The position numbers were made by a program, and so were the translations under genes. DNA of 64,000 bases from Escherichia coli (lineage in GTDB: Bacteria; Pseudomonadota; Gammaproteobacteria; Enterobacterales; Enterobacteriaceae), in assembly GCF_011045215.1 (NCBI RefSeq), contig NZ_CP049201.1; one strand, given 5' to 3'. Each line of letters starts with the position of its first letter. Position 1 is the first letter of the stretch. The notes below the pieces were generated by a model. It was not told the origin of the DNA. It worked only from the letters and a program-made list of their open reading frames with translations, and ran no database searches. This document shows positions 47,546 through 59,076 of the stretch, in pieces.

Positions 47546-48007
47546 TGTTGTATCCTGTTTTTAAGTGATGGCGGCAGTATAGCGGCATGGGGTCAGGGCT
47601 TCAAAGTTTGCACCTCTGCGGCTGCGTTCCGGCACGATTCATCCGTCACCGGAATAATGATGTCTCTGTGTAGCGAAAGATTTGTCTCTTCATTAGGGCA
47701 CAGTTACACCACGCCTTTCCCTGTTTCTGGTAAACATTATGATCAGGTTTACCGAGCGAGCATCCTCACGCTGACGGAACTAAAAAAGCCAACAAACAAA
47801 CCACATTGCGATAGTGCATAAAGCCATCCTGGCGCGAGGTGTTGATCACGAAACTGCCAGCAGAACATAAATCCTCACGAGTAAGCGTTATACTCGCAGC
47901 ATTTCCTCACTTTTCAGACTTCATAAAGAGTCGCTAAACGCTTGCTTTTACGCCTTCTCCTGCGATGATAGAAAGCAGAAAGCGATGAACTTTACAGGCA
48001 ATCCATA

Positions 48008-48211
48008 ATGAAAAACGTGTTTAAGGCACTCACTGTATTACTTACTCTCTTCAGCCTGACGGGCTGCGGTCTGAAAGGTCCGCTCTATTTCCCGCCTGCA
48101 GATAAAAATGCACCGCCACCGACCAAACCGGTAGAGACGCAAACGCAATCCACGGTGCCGGATAAAAACGATCGCGCCACTGGCGATGGTCCATCCCAGG
48201 TGAATTACTAA
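48008..48211 (+). CDS. yifL: Small lipoprotein
   Basis: 67 aa, lipobox LTGC after the signal peptide, Pro-rich. Confidence 0.8.
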   Translation: MKNVFKALTVLLTLFSLTGCGLKGPLYFPPADKNAPPPTKPVETQTQSTVPDKNDRATGDGPSQVNY

Positions 48212-48247
48212 AAGTCAGTTTCTGTACCCGCGTGATTGGAGTAAATG

Positions 48248-49072
48248 ATGCAGTTCTCGAAAATGCATGGCCTTGGCAACGATTTTATGGTCGTCGACGC
48301 GGTAACGCAGAATGTCTTTTTTTCACCGGAGCTGATTCGTCGCCTGGCGGATCGGCACCTGGGGGTAGGGTTTGACCAGCTGCTGGTGGTTGAGCCGCCG
48401 TATGATCCTGAACTGGATTTTCACTATCGCATTTTCAATGCTGATGGCAGTGAAGTGGCGCAGTGCGGCAACGGTGCGCGCTGCTTTGCCCGTTTTGTGC
48501 GCCTGAAAGGGCTGACCAATAAGCGCGATATCCGCGTCAGCACCGCCAACGGGCGGATGGTTCTGACCGTCACCGATGATGATCTGGTCCGCGTAAATAT
48601 GGGCGAACCCAACTTCGAACCTTCCGCTGTGCCGTTTCGCGCTAACAAAGCGGAAAAGACCTATATTATGCGCGCCGCCGAGCAGACAATCTTATGCGGC
48701 GTGGTGTCGATGGGAAATCCGCATTGCGTGATTCAGGTCGATGATGTCGATACCGCGGCGGTAGAAACGCTTGGTCCTGTTCTGGAAAGCCACGAGCGTT
48801 TTCCGGAGCGAGCCAATATCGGTTTTATGCAAGTGGTTAAGCGCGAGCATATTCGTTTACGCGTTTATGAGCGTGGGGCAGGAGAAACCCAGGCCTGCGG
48901 CAGCGGCGCGTGTGCGGCGGTTGCAGTAGGGATTCAGCAAGGTTTGCTGGCCGAAGAAGTACGCGTGGAACTCCCCGGCGGTCGTCTTGATATCGCCTGG
49001 AAAGGTCCGGGTCACCCGTTATATATGACTGGCCCGGCGGTACATGTCTACGACGGATTTATTCATCTATGA
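48248..49072 (+). CDS. dapF: Diaminopimelate epimerase
   Basis: 274 aa starting [19 protein letters not shown]. Confidence 0.95.
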
Positions 49073-49776
49073 AGCAACCAGGGGAAGAACTGCAGGAAAC
49101 ACTCACGGAGCTTGATGACCGGGCGGTTGTCGATTATCTGATTAAAAATCCTGAGTTTTTTATCCGCAATGCGCGCGCAGTAGAAGCGATACGTGTGCCG
49201 CATCCGGTACGCGGCACCGTTTCGTTGGTCGAGTGGCACATGGCCCGCGCACGTAATCATATTCATGTTCTGGAAGAGAACATGGCGCTGTTGATGGAAC
49301 AGGCTATCGCCAACGAAGGCCTGTTTTATCGCTTACTCTACCTGCAGCGCAGTCTCACCGCCGCCAGCAGTCTCGACGATATGCTGATGCGCTTTCACCG
49401 CTGGGCGCGCGATCTCGGCCTGGCAGGTGCGAGTCTGCGCCTGTTTCCGGATCGCTGGCGCTTAGGTGCGCCGTCGAACCACACTCATCTGGCATTAAGC
49501 CGTCAGTCTTTCGAACCGCTGCGTATTCAGCGTTTGGGGCAGGAACAGCACTATCTTGGGCCGCTTAACGGACCAGAGCTGCTGGTGGTGCTACCGGAAG
49601 CGAAAGCGGTGGGATCGGTGGCGATGTCGATGCTGGGAAGCGATGCTGATTTGGGTGTCGTGCTGTTTACCAGTCGCGATGCCAGTCACTATCAACAAGG
49701 GCAGGGAACGCAGTTACTTCATGAAATTGCGCTGATGTTGCCGGAGCTTCTGGAGCGTTGGATTGAACGCGTATGA
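49069..49776 (+). CDS. yigA: DUF484-family protein
   Basis: 235 aa, overlaps dapF and xerC in the conserved dapF-yigA-xerC-yigB operon. Confidence 0.85.
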
Positions 49777-50669
49777 CCGATTTACACACCGATGTAGAAC
49801 GCTACCTACGTTATCTGAGCGTGGAGCGTCAGCTTAGCCCGATAACCCTACTTAACTACCAGCGTCAGCTTGAGGCGATCATCAATTTTGCCAGCGAAAA
49901 CGGCCTGCAAAGCTGGCAACAATGCGATGCAGCGATGGTGCGCAATTTTGCTGTACGCAGTCGCCGTAAAGGGCTGGGAGCAGCAAGCCTCGCGTTACGG
50001 CTTTCTGCGCTACGTAGCTTTTTTGACTGGCTGGTCAGCCAGAACGAACTCAAAGCTAACCCGGCGAAAGGTGTTTCGGCACCGAAAGCGCCGCGTCATC
50101 TGCCGAAAAACATCGACGTCGACGATATGAATCGGCTGCTGGATATTGATATCAACGATCCCCTCGCTGTACGCGACCGTGCAATGCTGGAAGTGATGTA
50201 CGGCGCGGGTCTGCGTCTTTCCGAGCTGGTGGGGCTGGATATCAAACACCTCGACCTGGAGTCTGGTGAAGTGTGGGTAATGGGGAAAGGCAGCAAAGAG
50301 CGCCGCCTGCCGATTGGTCGCAACGCTGTGGCGTGGATTGAGCACTGGCTTGATTTGCGCGACCTGTTTGGTAGCGAAGACGACGCGCTTTTTCTGTCGA
50401 AACTGGGCAAGCGTATCTCCGCGCGTAATGTGCAGAAACGCTTTGCCGAATGGGGCATAAAACAAGGGCTGAATAATCACGTTCACCCGCATAAATTACG
50501 TCACTCGTTCGCTACGCATATGCTGGAGTCGAGCGGCGATCTTCGTGGTGTGCAGGAGCTGCTGGGTCATGCCAACCTCTCCACCACGCAAATCTATACT
50601 CATCTTGATTTTCAACACCTTGCCTCGGTGTACGATGCGGCGCATCCACGCGCCAAACGGGGGAAATAA
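49773..50669 (+). CDS. xerC: Tyrosine recombinase XerC
   Basis: 298 aa; conserved C-terminal [12 protein letters not shown]...[14 protein letters not shown] tyrosine-recombinase motifs. Confidence 0.95.
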
Positions 50670-51385
50670 TGCGTTTTTACCGGCCTTTGGGGCGCATCTC
50701 GGCGCTCACCTTTGACCTGGATGATACCCTTTACGATAACCGTCCGGTGATTTTGCGCACCGAGCGAGAGGCGCTTACCTTTGTGCAAAATTATCATCCG
50801 GCGCTGCGCAGCTTCCAGAATGAAGATCTGCAACGCCTGCGCCAGGCGGTACGGGAAGCGGAACCCGAGATTTATCACGACGTGACGCGTTGGCGTTTTC
50901 GTTCGATTGAACAAGCGATGCTCGACGCCGGGCTGAGTGCCGAAGAAGCCAGTGCAGGCGCACACGCAGCAATGATTAACTTTGCCAAATGGCGCAGCCG
51001 AATCGACGTCCCGCAGCAAACTCACGACACCTTAAAACAGCTGGCGAAGAAATGGCCGCTGGTGGCGATCACCAACGGTAACGCCCAGCCGGAACTGTTT
51101 GGTTTGGGGGATTATTTTGAGTTTGTGCTGCGCGCTGGCCCGCACGGGCGCTCAAAACCGTTCAGCGATATGTACTTTCTGGCTGCGGAAAAACTCAACG
51201 TGCCGATCGGCGAGATCTTACATGTCGGGGACGATCTCACCACTGACGTGGGTGGGGCAATTCGCAGCGGAATGCAGGCCTGTTGGATCAGACCGGAAAA
51301 TGGCGATCTGATGCAAACCTGGGATAGCCGTTTACTGCCGCATCTGGAAATTTCCCGGTTGGCATCTCTGACCTCGCTGATATAA
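50669..51385 (+). CDS. yigB: HAD-family phosphatase (FMN/5-amino-6-ribitylamino-uracil phosphate phosphatase)
   Basis: 238 aa, HAD motif I FDLDDTLY near the N-terminus. Confidence 0.85.
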
Positions 51386-51468
51386 TCAGCAAATCTGTAT
51401 ATATACCCAGCTTTTTGGCGGAGGGCGTTGCGCTTCTCCGCCCAACCTATTTTTACGCGGCGGTGCCA

Positions 51469-53631
51469 ATGGACGTTTCTTACCTGCTCGACAGCCTTAA
51501 TGACAAACAGCGCGAAGCGGTGGCCGCGCCACGCAGCAACCTTCTGGTGCTGGCGGGCGCGGGCAGTGGTAAGACGCGCGTACTGGTGCATCGTATCGCC
51601 TGGCTGATGAGCGTGGAAAACTGCTCGCCATACTCGATTATGGCTGTGACGTTTACCAACAAAGCGGCGGCGGAGATGCGTCATCGTATCGGGCAACTGA
51701 TGGGCACCAGCCAGGGCGGCATGTGGGTCGGCACCTTCCACGGGCTGGCGCACCGCCTGCTGCGTGCGCACCATATGGACGCCAATCTGCCGCAGGATTT
51801 CCAGATCCTCGACAGTGAAGACCAGCTGCGCCTGCTTAAGCGTTTGATCAAGGCGATGAACCTCGACGAGAAGCAGTGGCCGCCGCGCCAGGCAATGTGG
51901 TACATCAACAGCCAGAAAGATGAAGGCTTACGTCCGCATCATATTCAAAGCTACGGTAATCCGGTGGAGCAGACCTGGCAGAAGGTGTATCAGGCGTATC
52001 AGGAAGCGTGCGATCGTGCGGGTCTGGTGGACTTCGCCGAGCTACTGCTACGTGCTCACGAGTTGTGGCTTAACAAGCCGCATATCCTGCAACACTACCG
52101 CGAACGTTTTACCAATATCCTGGTGGACGAATTCCAGGATACCAACAACATTCAGTACGCGTGGATCCGCCTGCTGGCGGGCGACACCGGCAAAGTGATG
52201 ATCGTCGGTGATGACGACCAGTCAATCTACGGCTGGCGCGGGGCGCAGGTGGAGAATATTCAGCGTTTCCTCAATGATTTCCCCGGTGCCGAAACTATCC
52301 GTCTGGAGCAGAACTATCGTTCTACCAGTAACATTCTGAGCGCCGCGAACGCCCTGATTGAAAACAACAACGGGCGTCTGGGTAAAAAACTGTGGACCGA
52401 TGGCGCGGACGGTGAGCCTATTTCCCTCTATTGCGCTTTTAACGAACTCGACGAAGCGCGTTTTGTGGTTAATCGCATCAAAACCTGGCAGGACAACGGC
52501 GGGGCGCTTGCCGAGTGCGCCATTCTCTACCGCAGCAACGCCCAGTCGCGTGTACTGGAAGAGGCCTTATTACAGGCGAGTATGCCGTACCGTATTTACG
52601 GCGGGATGCGCTTCTTCGAACGCCAGGAAATCAAAGATGCGCTCTCGTATCTGCGCCTGATTGCCAACCGCAACGACGACGCGGCCTTTGAGCGCGTAGT
52701 GAATACACCAACGCGGGGTATTGGTGACCGGACGCTGGACGTGGTACGTCAGACATCGCGCGATCGCCAGTTAACACTCTGGCAGGCATGTCGTGAACTG
52801 TTGCAGGAAAAAGCCCTCGCCGGACGTGCTGCCAGCGCCTTACAGCGGTTTATGGAACTGATCGACGCCTTAGCGCAGGAAACTGCCGATATGCCGCTGC
52901 ATGTACAGACTGACCGGGTAATTAAAGACTCCGGCCTGCGCACCATGTACGAGCAGGAGAAGGGCGAAAAAGGTCAGACGCGTATCGAAAACTTAGAGGA
53001 ACTGGTGACGGCAACGCGCCAGTTCAGCTACAACAAAGAAGATGAAGATTTAATGCCGCTGCAGGCGTTCCTCTCCCATGCGGCGCTGGAAGCGGGCGAG
53101 GGGCAGGCGGATACCTGGCAGGACGCGGTGCAGTTGATGACGCTACACTCGGCGAAAGGGCTGGAGTTCCCGCAGGTGTTTATCGTCGGTATGGAAGAGG
53201 GCATGTTCCCAAGCCAGATGTCGCTGGATGAAGGCGGTCGTCTGGAAGAAGAACGCCGTCTGGCCTACGTTGGCGTAACCCGTGCGATGCAGAAACTGAC
53301 GCTGACCTACGCGGAAACTCGCCGTCTGTATGGCAAAGAGGTTTACCATCGCCCGTCGCGCTTTATCGGTGAGTTGCCGGAAGAGTGTGTGGAAGAGGTG
53401 CGCCTGCGCGCCACGGTAAGCCGCCCGGTCAGCCATCAGCGTATGGGTACGCCGATGGTCGAGAACGACAGCGGCTACAAGCTCGGCCAGCGTGTACGCC
53501 ACGCTAAGTTTGGTGAAGGCACCATCGTCAATATGGAAGGCAGCGGTGAACATAGCCGTTTGCAGGTGGCGTTCCAGGGCCAGGGAATCAAATGGCTGGT
53601 GGCGGCTTACGCCCGGCTGGAGACGGTGTAA
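51469..53631 (+). CDS. uvrD: DNA helicase II
   Basis: 720 aa starting [38 protein letters not shown]. Confidence 0.95.
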   Translation: MDVSYLLDSLNDKQREAVAAPRSNLLVLAGAGSGKTRVLVHRIAWLMSVENCSPYSIMAVTFTNKAAAEMRHRIGQLMGTSQGGMWVGTFHGLAHRLLRAHHMDANLPQDFQILDSEDQLRLLKRLIKAMNLDEKQWPPRQAMWYINSQKDEGLRPHHIQSYGNPVEQTWQKVYQAYQEACDRAGLVDFAELLLRAHELWLNKPHILQHYRERFTNILVDEFQDTNNIQYAWIRLLAGDTGKVMIVGDDDQSIYGWRGAQVENIQRFLNDFPGAETIRLEQNYRSTSNILSAANALIENNNGRLGKKLWTDGADGEPISLYCAFNELDEARFVVNRIKTWQDNGGALAECAILYRSNAQSRVLEEALLQASMPYRIYGGMRFFERQEIKDALSYLRLIANRNDDAAFERVVNTPTRGIGDRTLDVVRQTSRDRQLTLWQACRELLQEKALAGRAASALQRFMELIDALAQETADMPLHVQTDRVIKDSGLRTMYEQEKGEKGQTRIENLEELVTATRQFSYNKEDEDLMPLQAFLSHAALEAGEGQADTWQDAVQLMTLHSAKGLEFPQVFIVGMEEGMFPSQMSLDEGGRLEEERRLAYVGVTRAMQKLTLTYAETRRLYGKEVYHRPSRFIGELPEECVEEVRLRATVSRPVSHQRMGTPMVENDSGYKLGQRVRHAKFGEGTIVNMEGSGEHSRLQVAFQGQGIKWLVAAYARLETV

Positions 53632-53645
53632 TTTACAACTCCGTT

Positions 53646-53676
53646 GCCGGATGCGGTGCGCCACACCGCATCCGGC
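53646..53676. repeat. REP-like palindrome
   Basis: GCCGGATGCGGTGCGCCACACCGCATCCGGC just after the uvrD stop. Confidence 0.5.
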
Positions 53677-53685
53677 ATCAGCACC

Positions 53686-54588
53686 TTACTTAGCGCACTT
53701 CTTCACATCAATATTCCAGTCAGCACCAGACGCAACCTGATGTTTCTGCGCGAAATTATCCATATTCAGCGCCACGGAAACATTCAATAAGCTGTTCAGA
53801 TAGACCATCGGCTGGCCTTCCGGCACATCGCCGAAGCTTGCGACATACGGCATTTTCCCTTCGTATTTTTGCTGGGAACCTTCGGAAATGGTTACACACA
53901 ACGTGTCGTTGAGTTTGATTCCTGCCTGATTCAGCAACTCGTCGCTGATATTGCTCCAGACGTTGCCGTACTGAATATCGAGAATCGGGATATTGCCCTT
54001 CACTTCACCTTTTGTTGCTTTGGCTTTCTGATAAGAAAGTTCGACAACTTTTGCCGGAAGCTCTGGCCCCACCTGCTCGAACGTGATCGCTCCGGAAGCC
54101 AGACGCGCACCGGTGTAGGCATACACGTCACGACCGTGGAAGGTATATGACTTTTCGGAACCTTTCAGGCGGTTGGTTTTTTCATCGATTTGCCGGACGC
54201 TCTCAATACCCAGCGATTCCGCCACCAAAGTGAGCGTACCGTTATCTGGTGAAACGAAGTATTGACCGTTTTTGGTTTTCAGCACTACCGATTTACGGTC
54301 TGTACCAACACCAGGATCGACCACACTGACAAATACCGAACCTTGCGGCCAGTAACTGGCGGTCTGATACAGGCGGTAAGCGCCTTCCCAGATGTTATAC
54401 GGTGGAATTTCGTGTGTTAAATCAAATATTTTAAGATTATGGTCAACACCGAATGCGACCCCTTTCATCGCCGAGACGGCACCATCTTTCAGGCTAAAAT
54501 CAGTTTGTAAAATCAAAGCGTTATCCGCATAAGCGGATGATGATCCCAGACACGTTAATAAAAATAACGTTGCGAGCGTTTTTTTCAT
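53686..54588 (-). CDS. Signal-peptide-bearing DUF62-family protein (SAM hydroxide adenosyltransferase / fluorinase-chlorinase fold)
   Basis: 300 aa. N-terminal signal-like sequence MKKTLATLFLLTCLGSSSAYA. Motifs LILQTDFS..DGAVSAMKGV, DLTHEIP, VVDPGVGTDR, VSPDNG and YTFHGRD match the DUF62 signature as I recall it from archaeal/bacterial homologues. About 44% GC in the stretch I counted. Confidence 0.8.
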   Translation of the reverse strand: MKKTLATLFLLTCLGSSSAYADNALILQTDFSLKDGAVSAMKGVAFGVDHNLKIFDLTHEIPPYNIWEGAYRLYQTASYWPQGSVFVSVVDPGVGTDRKSVVLKTKNGQYFVSPDNGTLTLVAESLGIESVRQIDEKTNRLKGSEKSYTFHGRDVYAYTGARLASGAITFEQVGPELPAKVVELSYQKAKATKGEVKGNIPILDIQYGNVWSNISDELLNQAGIKLNDTLCVTISEGSQQKYEGKMPYVASFGDVPEGQPMVYLNSLLNVSVALNMDNFAQKHQVASGADWNIDVKKCAK

Positions 54589-54670
54589 TTTTGTTTCCCT
54601 TCATTTATCTGATGATTTTCCAGCTGTGTAGCCAGCCCCAGTTTGTCTGGCCTCCTCGAGTGTACAATGC

Positions 54671-55435
54671 TTAACCTTTCCGCTCGACGGAAATCATGGT
54701 GACAAAAGGATAGCGTTGCCACGGGATTGCCCCGCCTTTCATATACATATGTGAAATCGTGCCATCAAGATAAAGCAGTTGCTCAACGTTCAGTTTCGCT
54801 TTGGCATAACAGGCAAAATCATAAAAATTTGTCGCCTGCTGGCTCAACAAAAACACGGCATTCCCATGTTTATTAATCCCAACACCGTTACGAATTTTAC
54901 GTGAGGCGACGTTGGGATGAATACGCGGATTAATTACACTGTTTTCCATCAACATTGGCCCTGACTGCACCGCAAACTGAATCTCTTTACTGGTTTTGAA
55001 GGCATCCAGACGAACGATGCCGACTTTATCTCCCGCGACATAAAACACGCCGCCAGGACGGATAAAGAAATTCCCTTCACCTGAAGCGAGATTTAACGCC
55101 ACCTTCTGCTGACCGTTTTCGATGTACAAACCGAGCGGCGCATAGCTTTCATCATAGATGCCGCCGTTCATCGCCATCTGCACCTGACCCTGGCTATTCA
55201 TATCCGCCAGCAGAGCATGTAAAGTTCCCCACGCTTCGCCATTGGCTTTTTGCCAGTACATTTTCACCCGCTCTGTTTGAGGATTAACGGTATACGCCTG
55301 TACGGTCAGCGTCGGATCTGAGAGTGCGCAATCATCAGCGGCAACAGCAAACAAGGGAAGTAAGGTGAGGGCGAGAAAAATCCGTTTGAGATTCAAGGTG
55401 ATCATTCCTTTACCAATGAGTAGCCGATGCGCCAT
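54671..55435 (-). CDS. yigE: DUF2233-family exported protein
   Basis: 254 aa with signal-like N-terminus, conserved position upstream of corA. Confidence 0.75.
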   Translation of the reverse strand: MAHRLLIGKGMITLNLKRIFLALTLLPLFAVAADDCALSDPTLTVQAYTVNPQTERVKMYWQKANGEAWGTLHALLADMNSQGQVQMAMNGGIYDESYAPLGLYIENGQQKVALNLASGEGNFFIRPGGVFYVAGDKVGIVRLDAFKTSKEIQFAVQSGPMLMENSVINPRIHPNVASRKIRNGVGINKHGNAVFLLSQQATNFYDFACYAKAKLNVEQLLYLDGTISHMYMKGGAIPWQRYPFVTMISVERKG

Positions 55436-55804
55436 TATAGGTCCTGGATGTGGGATTTTTTTATCCTGTTAGCGACCTTGACGAGTACCAAAAAGCGCGA
55501 AGTTCAACTATTGTTCTGTGGTGTTCTGTTGCGTGTTGACGGCAAAATTTTGCTGGCGTAACATGCGCGCACGATCACTCTAAGAGGACATTCGCCTTGG
55601 ACACACCCAGTAGATACTGGCTCACTATCCTGTCATCCAGGATCAACTCCTAAGGCTATCCCTTTTTGCTGATAGCCTTAGCGGTTGTCAGCGACCTCAA
55701 TTTTTCCCGTCGCGCTGAGTCAGGCTGTTTAATGGTCTGAAACCCAATTTGTTTCTGTGTGCCCACCGAACTGTCCGATATTTTAAGCATTGGGAGTCCC
55801 GGTC

Positions 55805-56755
55805 ATGCTGAGCGCATTTCAACTGGAAAATAACCGACTGACCCGGCTGGAAGTCGAAGAGTCACAACCCCTTGTAAATGCAGTATGGATTGATCTTGTC
55901 GAACCGGACGACGACGAGCGACTGCGCGTACAATCTGAACTTGGTCAGAGCCTGGCAACCCGCCCGGAACTGGAAGACATCGAAGCATCGGCACGTTTCT
56001 TTGAAGACGACGACGGCCTGCATATTCACTCCTTCTTCTTCTTTGAAGATGCGGAAGATCACGCCGGTAACTCCACTGTGGCATTTACCATCCGTGATGG
56101 TCGTCTGTTTACTCTGCGTGAGCGTGAACTGCCCGCTTTTCGTCTATATCGTATGCGTGCCCGTAGCCAGTCGATGGTAGACGGTAACGCCTACGAGTTG
56201 CTGCTGGATTTGTTCGAAACCAAAATCGAACAGTTGGCAGATGAAATTGAAAATATCTATAGCGACCTGGAGCAGTTGAGCCGGGTGATTATGGAAGGGC
56301 ATCAGGGCGATGAGTACGACGAGGCGCTCTCCACTCTGGCGGAACTGGAAGATATCGGCTGGAAAGTTCGCCTGTGTCTGATGGATACCCAGCGCGCTCT
56401 CAACTTCCTGGTGCGTAAAGCGCGTTTACCGGGTGGGCAACTGGAGCAGGCGCGTGAAATCCTGCGAGATATCGAATCCCTGCTGCCGCATAACGAATCC
56501 CTGTTCCAGAAGGTGAACTTCCTGATGCAGGCGGCAATGGGTTTTATCAACATCGAGCAGAACCGCATCATCAAAATTTTCTCGGTGGTATCCGTCGTGT
56601 TCCTGCCGCCAACGCTGGTTGCTTCCAGCTATGGGATGAACTTTGAGTTTATGCCAGAACTGAAGTGGAGTTTCGGCTACCCTGGCGCGATTATCTTTAT
56701 GATCCTCGCGGGCCTGGCACCGTATCTGTACTTTAAGCGGAAGAACTGGTTGTAA
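55805..56755 (+). CDS. corA: Magnesium/cobalt transporter CorA
   Basis: 316 aa starting [19 protein letters not shown]; C-terminal YGMNF motif and two TM segments. Confidence 0.95.
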   Translation: MLSAFQLENNRLTRLEVEESQPLVNAVWIDLVEPDDDERLRVQSELGQSLATRPELEDIEASARFFEDDDGLHIHSFFFFEDAEDHAGNSTVAFTIRDGRLFTLRERELPAFRLYRMRARSQSMVDGNAYELLLDLFETKIEQLADEIENIYSDLEQLSRVIMEGHQGDEYDEALSTLAELEDIGWKVRLCLMDTQRALNFLVRKARLPGGQLEQAREILRDIESLLPHNESLFQKVNFLMQAAMGFINIEQNRIIKIFSVVSVVFLPPTLVASSYGMNFEFMPELKWSFGYPGAIIFMILAGLAPYLYFKRKNWL

Positions 56756-56797
56756 AAAACGAGAGCGGTGGCTTAGTCTGGCTAAGCCACCTGTTAT

Positions 56798-57178
56798 TCA
56801 AAGGCTCCAGGTATTTAACCCTTTTACCTCTTTCTCATAGAACCATTTGTTCGTGTTAACAGCAACATAGGCTGCTACGGCAATTCCCAGAATGTTAACG
56901 CCAATTAATGCACCAACAAATAGAGATAGAATGCCAAGTAATAGAACTATAATTGCTTTTTTCCATAAGCCCAGAACAAATAAATAGATCCAGGAACAGA
57001 AGAAAGCAATGAAATTCATTTGAATAGTTAATCGTTGTCTTACTTTTAATGCTTTAAATGCTGCTTTATATTCTGGTGTTGCTCCCCAGAATCCAGGAAA
57101 GCCATGTTGATCATAAAAATTAAATCGGTATTTCCATTTTTCACTTAATGAACCATCGTTCATATATTCCTTACTCAT
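56798..57178 (-). CDS. yigF: Small inner-membrane protein
   Basis: 126 aa starting MSKEYMNDGS, two predicted TM helices, AT-rich gene. Confidence 0.7.
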   Translation of the reverse strand: MSKEYMNDGSLSEKWKYRFNFYDQHGFPGFWGATPEYKAAFKALKVRQRLTIQMNFIAFFCSWIYLFVLGLWKKAIIVLLLGILSLFVGALIGVNILGIAVAAYVAVNTNKWFYEKEVKGLNTWSL

Positions 57179-57191
57179 AAATACTCCATAA

Positions 57192-57572
57192 CTATTGTTT
57201 TGATGAATCAGTAGGTGCAAGCATTAGCATACTGAAAGTGGAAAAATAACAAATCAAAAAAATCATCGAACCATTGCCTGAACAGGCAAAATCTTCGGCT
57301 ATCATTGTGATGATAGAGATGATATATACTGCTAATGTACCAAAAACATAAGTTTTTATATAGATGAAACCACTATCACGGAGTCGCTGGCAATTCATGT
57401 TGATGACGAGATAATGGAGTACGATGGTAGAGACTATAACAAGAAAACCTGCTTCCCCATCGTTAAAAAAGATAATAAGAAAGGCAAAAATGAAATTTAT
57501 TAAAATAAATGAAAATATATATCGGCGTCTGGAAATCTTACCGTTAGATGTTGGGATAAACATACGTAACAT
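57192..57572 (-). CDS. yigG: Small inner-membrane protein
   Basis: About 126 aa if started at [11 protein letters not shown]; hydrophobic; AT-rich; start uncertain. Confidence 0.6.
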   Translation of the reverse strand: MLRMFIPTSNGKISRRRYIFSFILINFIFAFLIIFFNDGEAGFLVIVSTIVLHYLVINMNCQRLRDSGFIYIKTYVFGTLAVYIISIITMIAEDFACSGNGSMIFLICYFSTFSMLMLAPTDSSKQ

Positions 57573-57666
57573 AAATTTTACATCCTTGTGTGAGTCTCCT
57601 GTCAGCATGGCAATATGCCCACTCTCATACAAGAGTCGGCATATTTTTTCAGAATATATTTATTTT

Positions 57667-58557
57667 TTATTTGGACGTTCTACGCTGCGTATAAATCGCA
57701 TCCATCACAAAAATTGCCAGCGCCACCCAAATAAAGGCGAAAGTCACCATCTTATCGGCACCCGGTTTTTCACCATAAAACGTCACAGCCAGCAGGAACA
57801 TCAGCGTCGGGCCAATGTACTGGAAAAAGCCTAACGTTGAGAGACGCAGGCGCGTGGCAGCGGCAGTAAAACACAACAGCGGTACGGTAGTGACAATACC
57901 GGCGGCAATCAGCAGTAAATTCAGCGACATCGGGTTTTGCCCCATATGGCTGGTTGAGCTGTCGGCAATAGCAAACAGGTAAATCGCCGCCACGGGCAGC
58001 AGCCACATGGTTTCAATTAACATGCCGGTTTGTGCTTCTACCGCAATCTTCTTGCGCACCAGGCCGTAGAAGGCAAAACTAAATGCCAGCCCCAGCGCGA
58101 TAATAGGTAGCGAACCAAAAGTCCACAGCTGGACCAACACGCCACATATCGCCAGAATCACCGCCAGCCATTGCATCCGGCGGAATCGCTCGCCGAGGAA
58201 AATCATCCCCAGCACAATGTTCACCAGCGGGTTAATAAAGTAACCAAGGCTCGCTTCCAGCATATGGTGATTGTTCACCGCCCAGATAAACAGTAGCCAG
58301 TTGCCACCAATCAGCACGGCAGAGACTGCCAGCATAAAAATTTTCTGTGGCGTCTGAATCAGCGTTTTTAAATAGGACCACTGGCGGCAAATGCTCATCA
58401 GCACCACCATAAAGAAAAACGACCAGATCACGCGATGCGTCAGGATTTCATCGGCGGGCACGTAGTAAATCAACTTGAAGTACGCTGGCGCAATACCCCA
58501 AATAAAATAAGCGGCAAGAGCGAGTAATACGCCCTGCCGCGTTTGTTTTGCATCCAT
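57667..58557 (-). CDS. rarD: DMT-superfamily transporter RarD
   Basis: 296 aa, 10-TM EamA-like protein. Confidence 0.9.
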   Translation of the reverse strand: MDAKQTRQGVLLALAAYFIWGIAPAYFKLIYYVPADEILTHRVIWSFFFMVVLMSICRQWSYLKTLIQTPQKIFMLAVSAVLIGGNWLLFIWAVNNHHMLEASLGYFINPLVNIVLGMIFLGERFRRMQWLAVILAICGVLVQLWTFGSLPIIALGLAFSFAFYGLVRKKIAVEAQTGMLIETMWLLPVAAIYLFAIADSSTSHMGQNPMSLNLLLIAAGIVTTVPLLCFTAAATRLRLSTLGFFQYIGPTLMFLLAVTFYGEKPGADKMVTFAFIWVALAIFVMDAIYTQRRTSK

Positions 58558-58608
58558 CGGGAATACTCATTTTTAATTGGTAACAGCAGTTTACCTGCTT
58601 TTACGTTA

Positions 58609-59076
58609 TCAACCTACCATATAGGTGGCGGTGGCACTGGCAATATAAAGCTGTTCTTCATTGTGTAATTCAACGCGGGCGACGGCGACTTTATTGCCTG
58701 CACGCAACAGACTACTGGTAGCAGTAAAACGCTCGCCCCTGCCAGGGCGCAGATAATCAACGCGAAGATCAATGGTCCCCATCCGCGATAGCCGCTGGCG
58801 TAGTTCATCTTCACTGATGGTTTCGTGGCGGGTTAAGGTACTTCCCACGCACACCAGACCGGCGGCGACATCCAGCGCCGACGCAATGACCCCGCCGTGC
58901 AAAATGCTTTGCGCCCAGTTGCCCACCATCATTGGCTGATTTTTAAAGGCCAGCTGTGCGAACTCTTTTTCGTAACGCTCCAGTTCCATCCCCAATGCGC
59001 GGTTAAATGGCATGTGATAAACAAACATCTCACCCACTAATTTCAGGGCTTGTTCAGCGGTCAGTACGGCAGACAT
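58609..59076 (-). CDS. yigI: PaaI-type (4HBT) acyl-CoA thioesterase
   Basis: 155 aa starting [29 protein letters not shown]. Confidence 0.8.
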   Translation of the reverse strand: MSAVLTAEQALKLVGEMFVYHMPFNRALGMELERYEKEFAQLAFKNQPMMVGNWAQSILHGGVIASALDVAAGLVCVGSTLTRHETISEDELRQRLSRMGTIDLRVDYLRPGRGERFTATSSLLRAGNKVAVARVELHNEEQLYIASATATYMVG

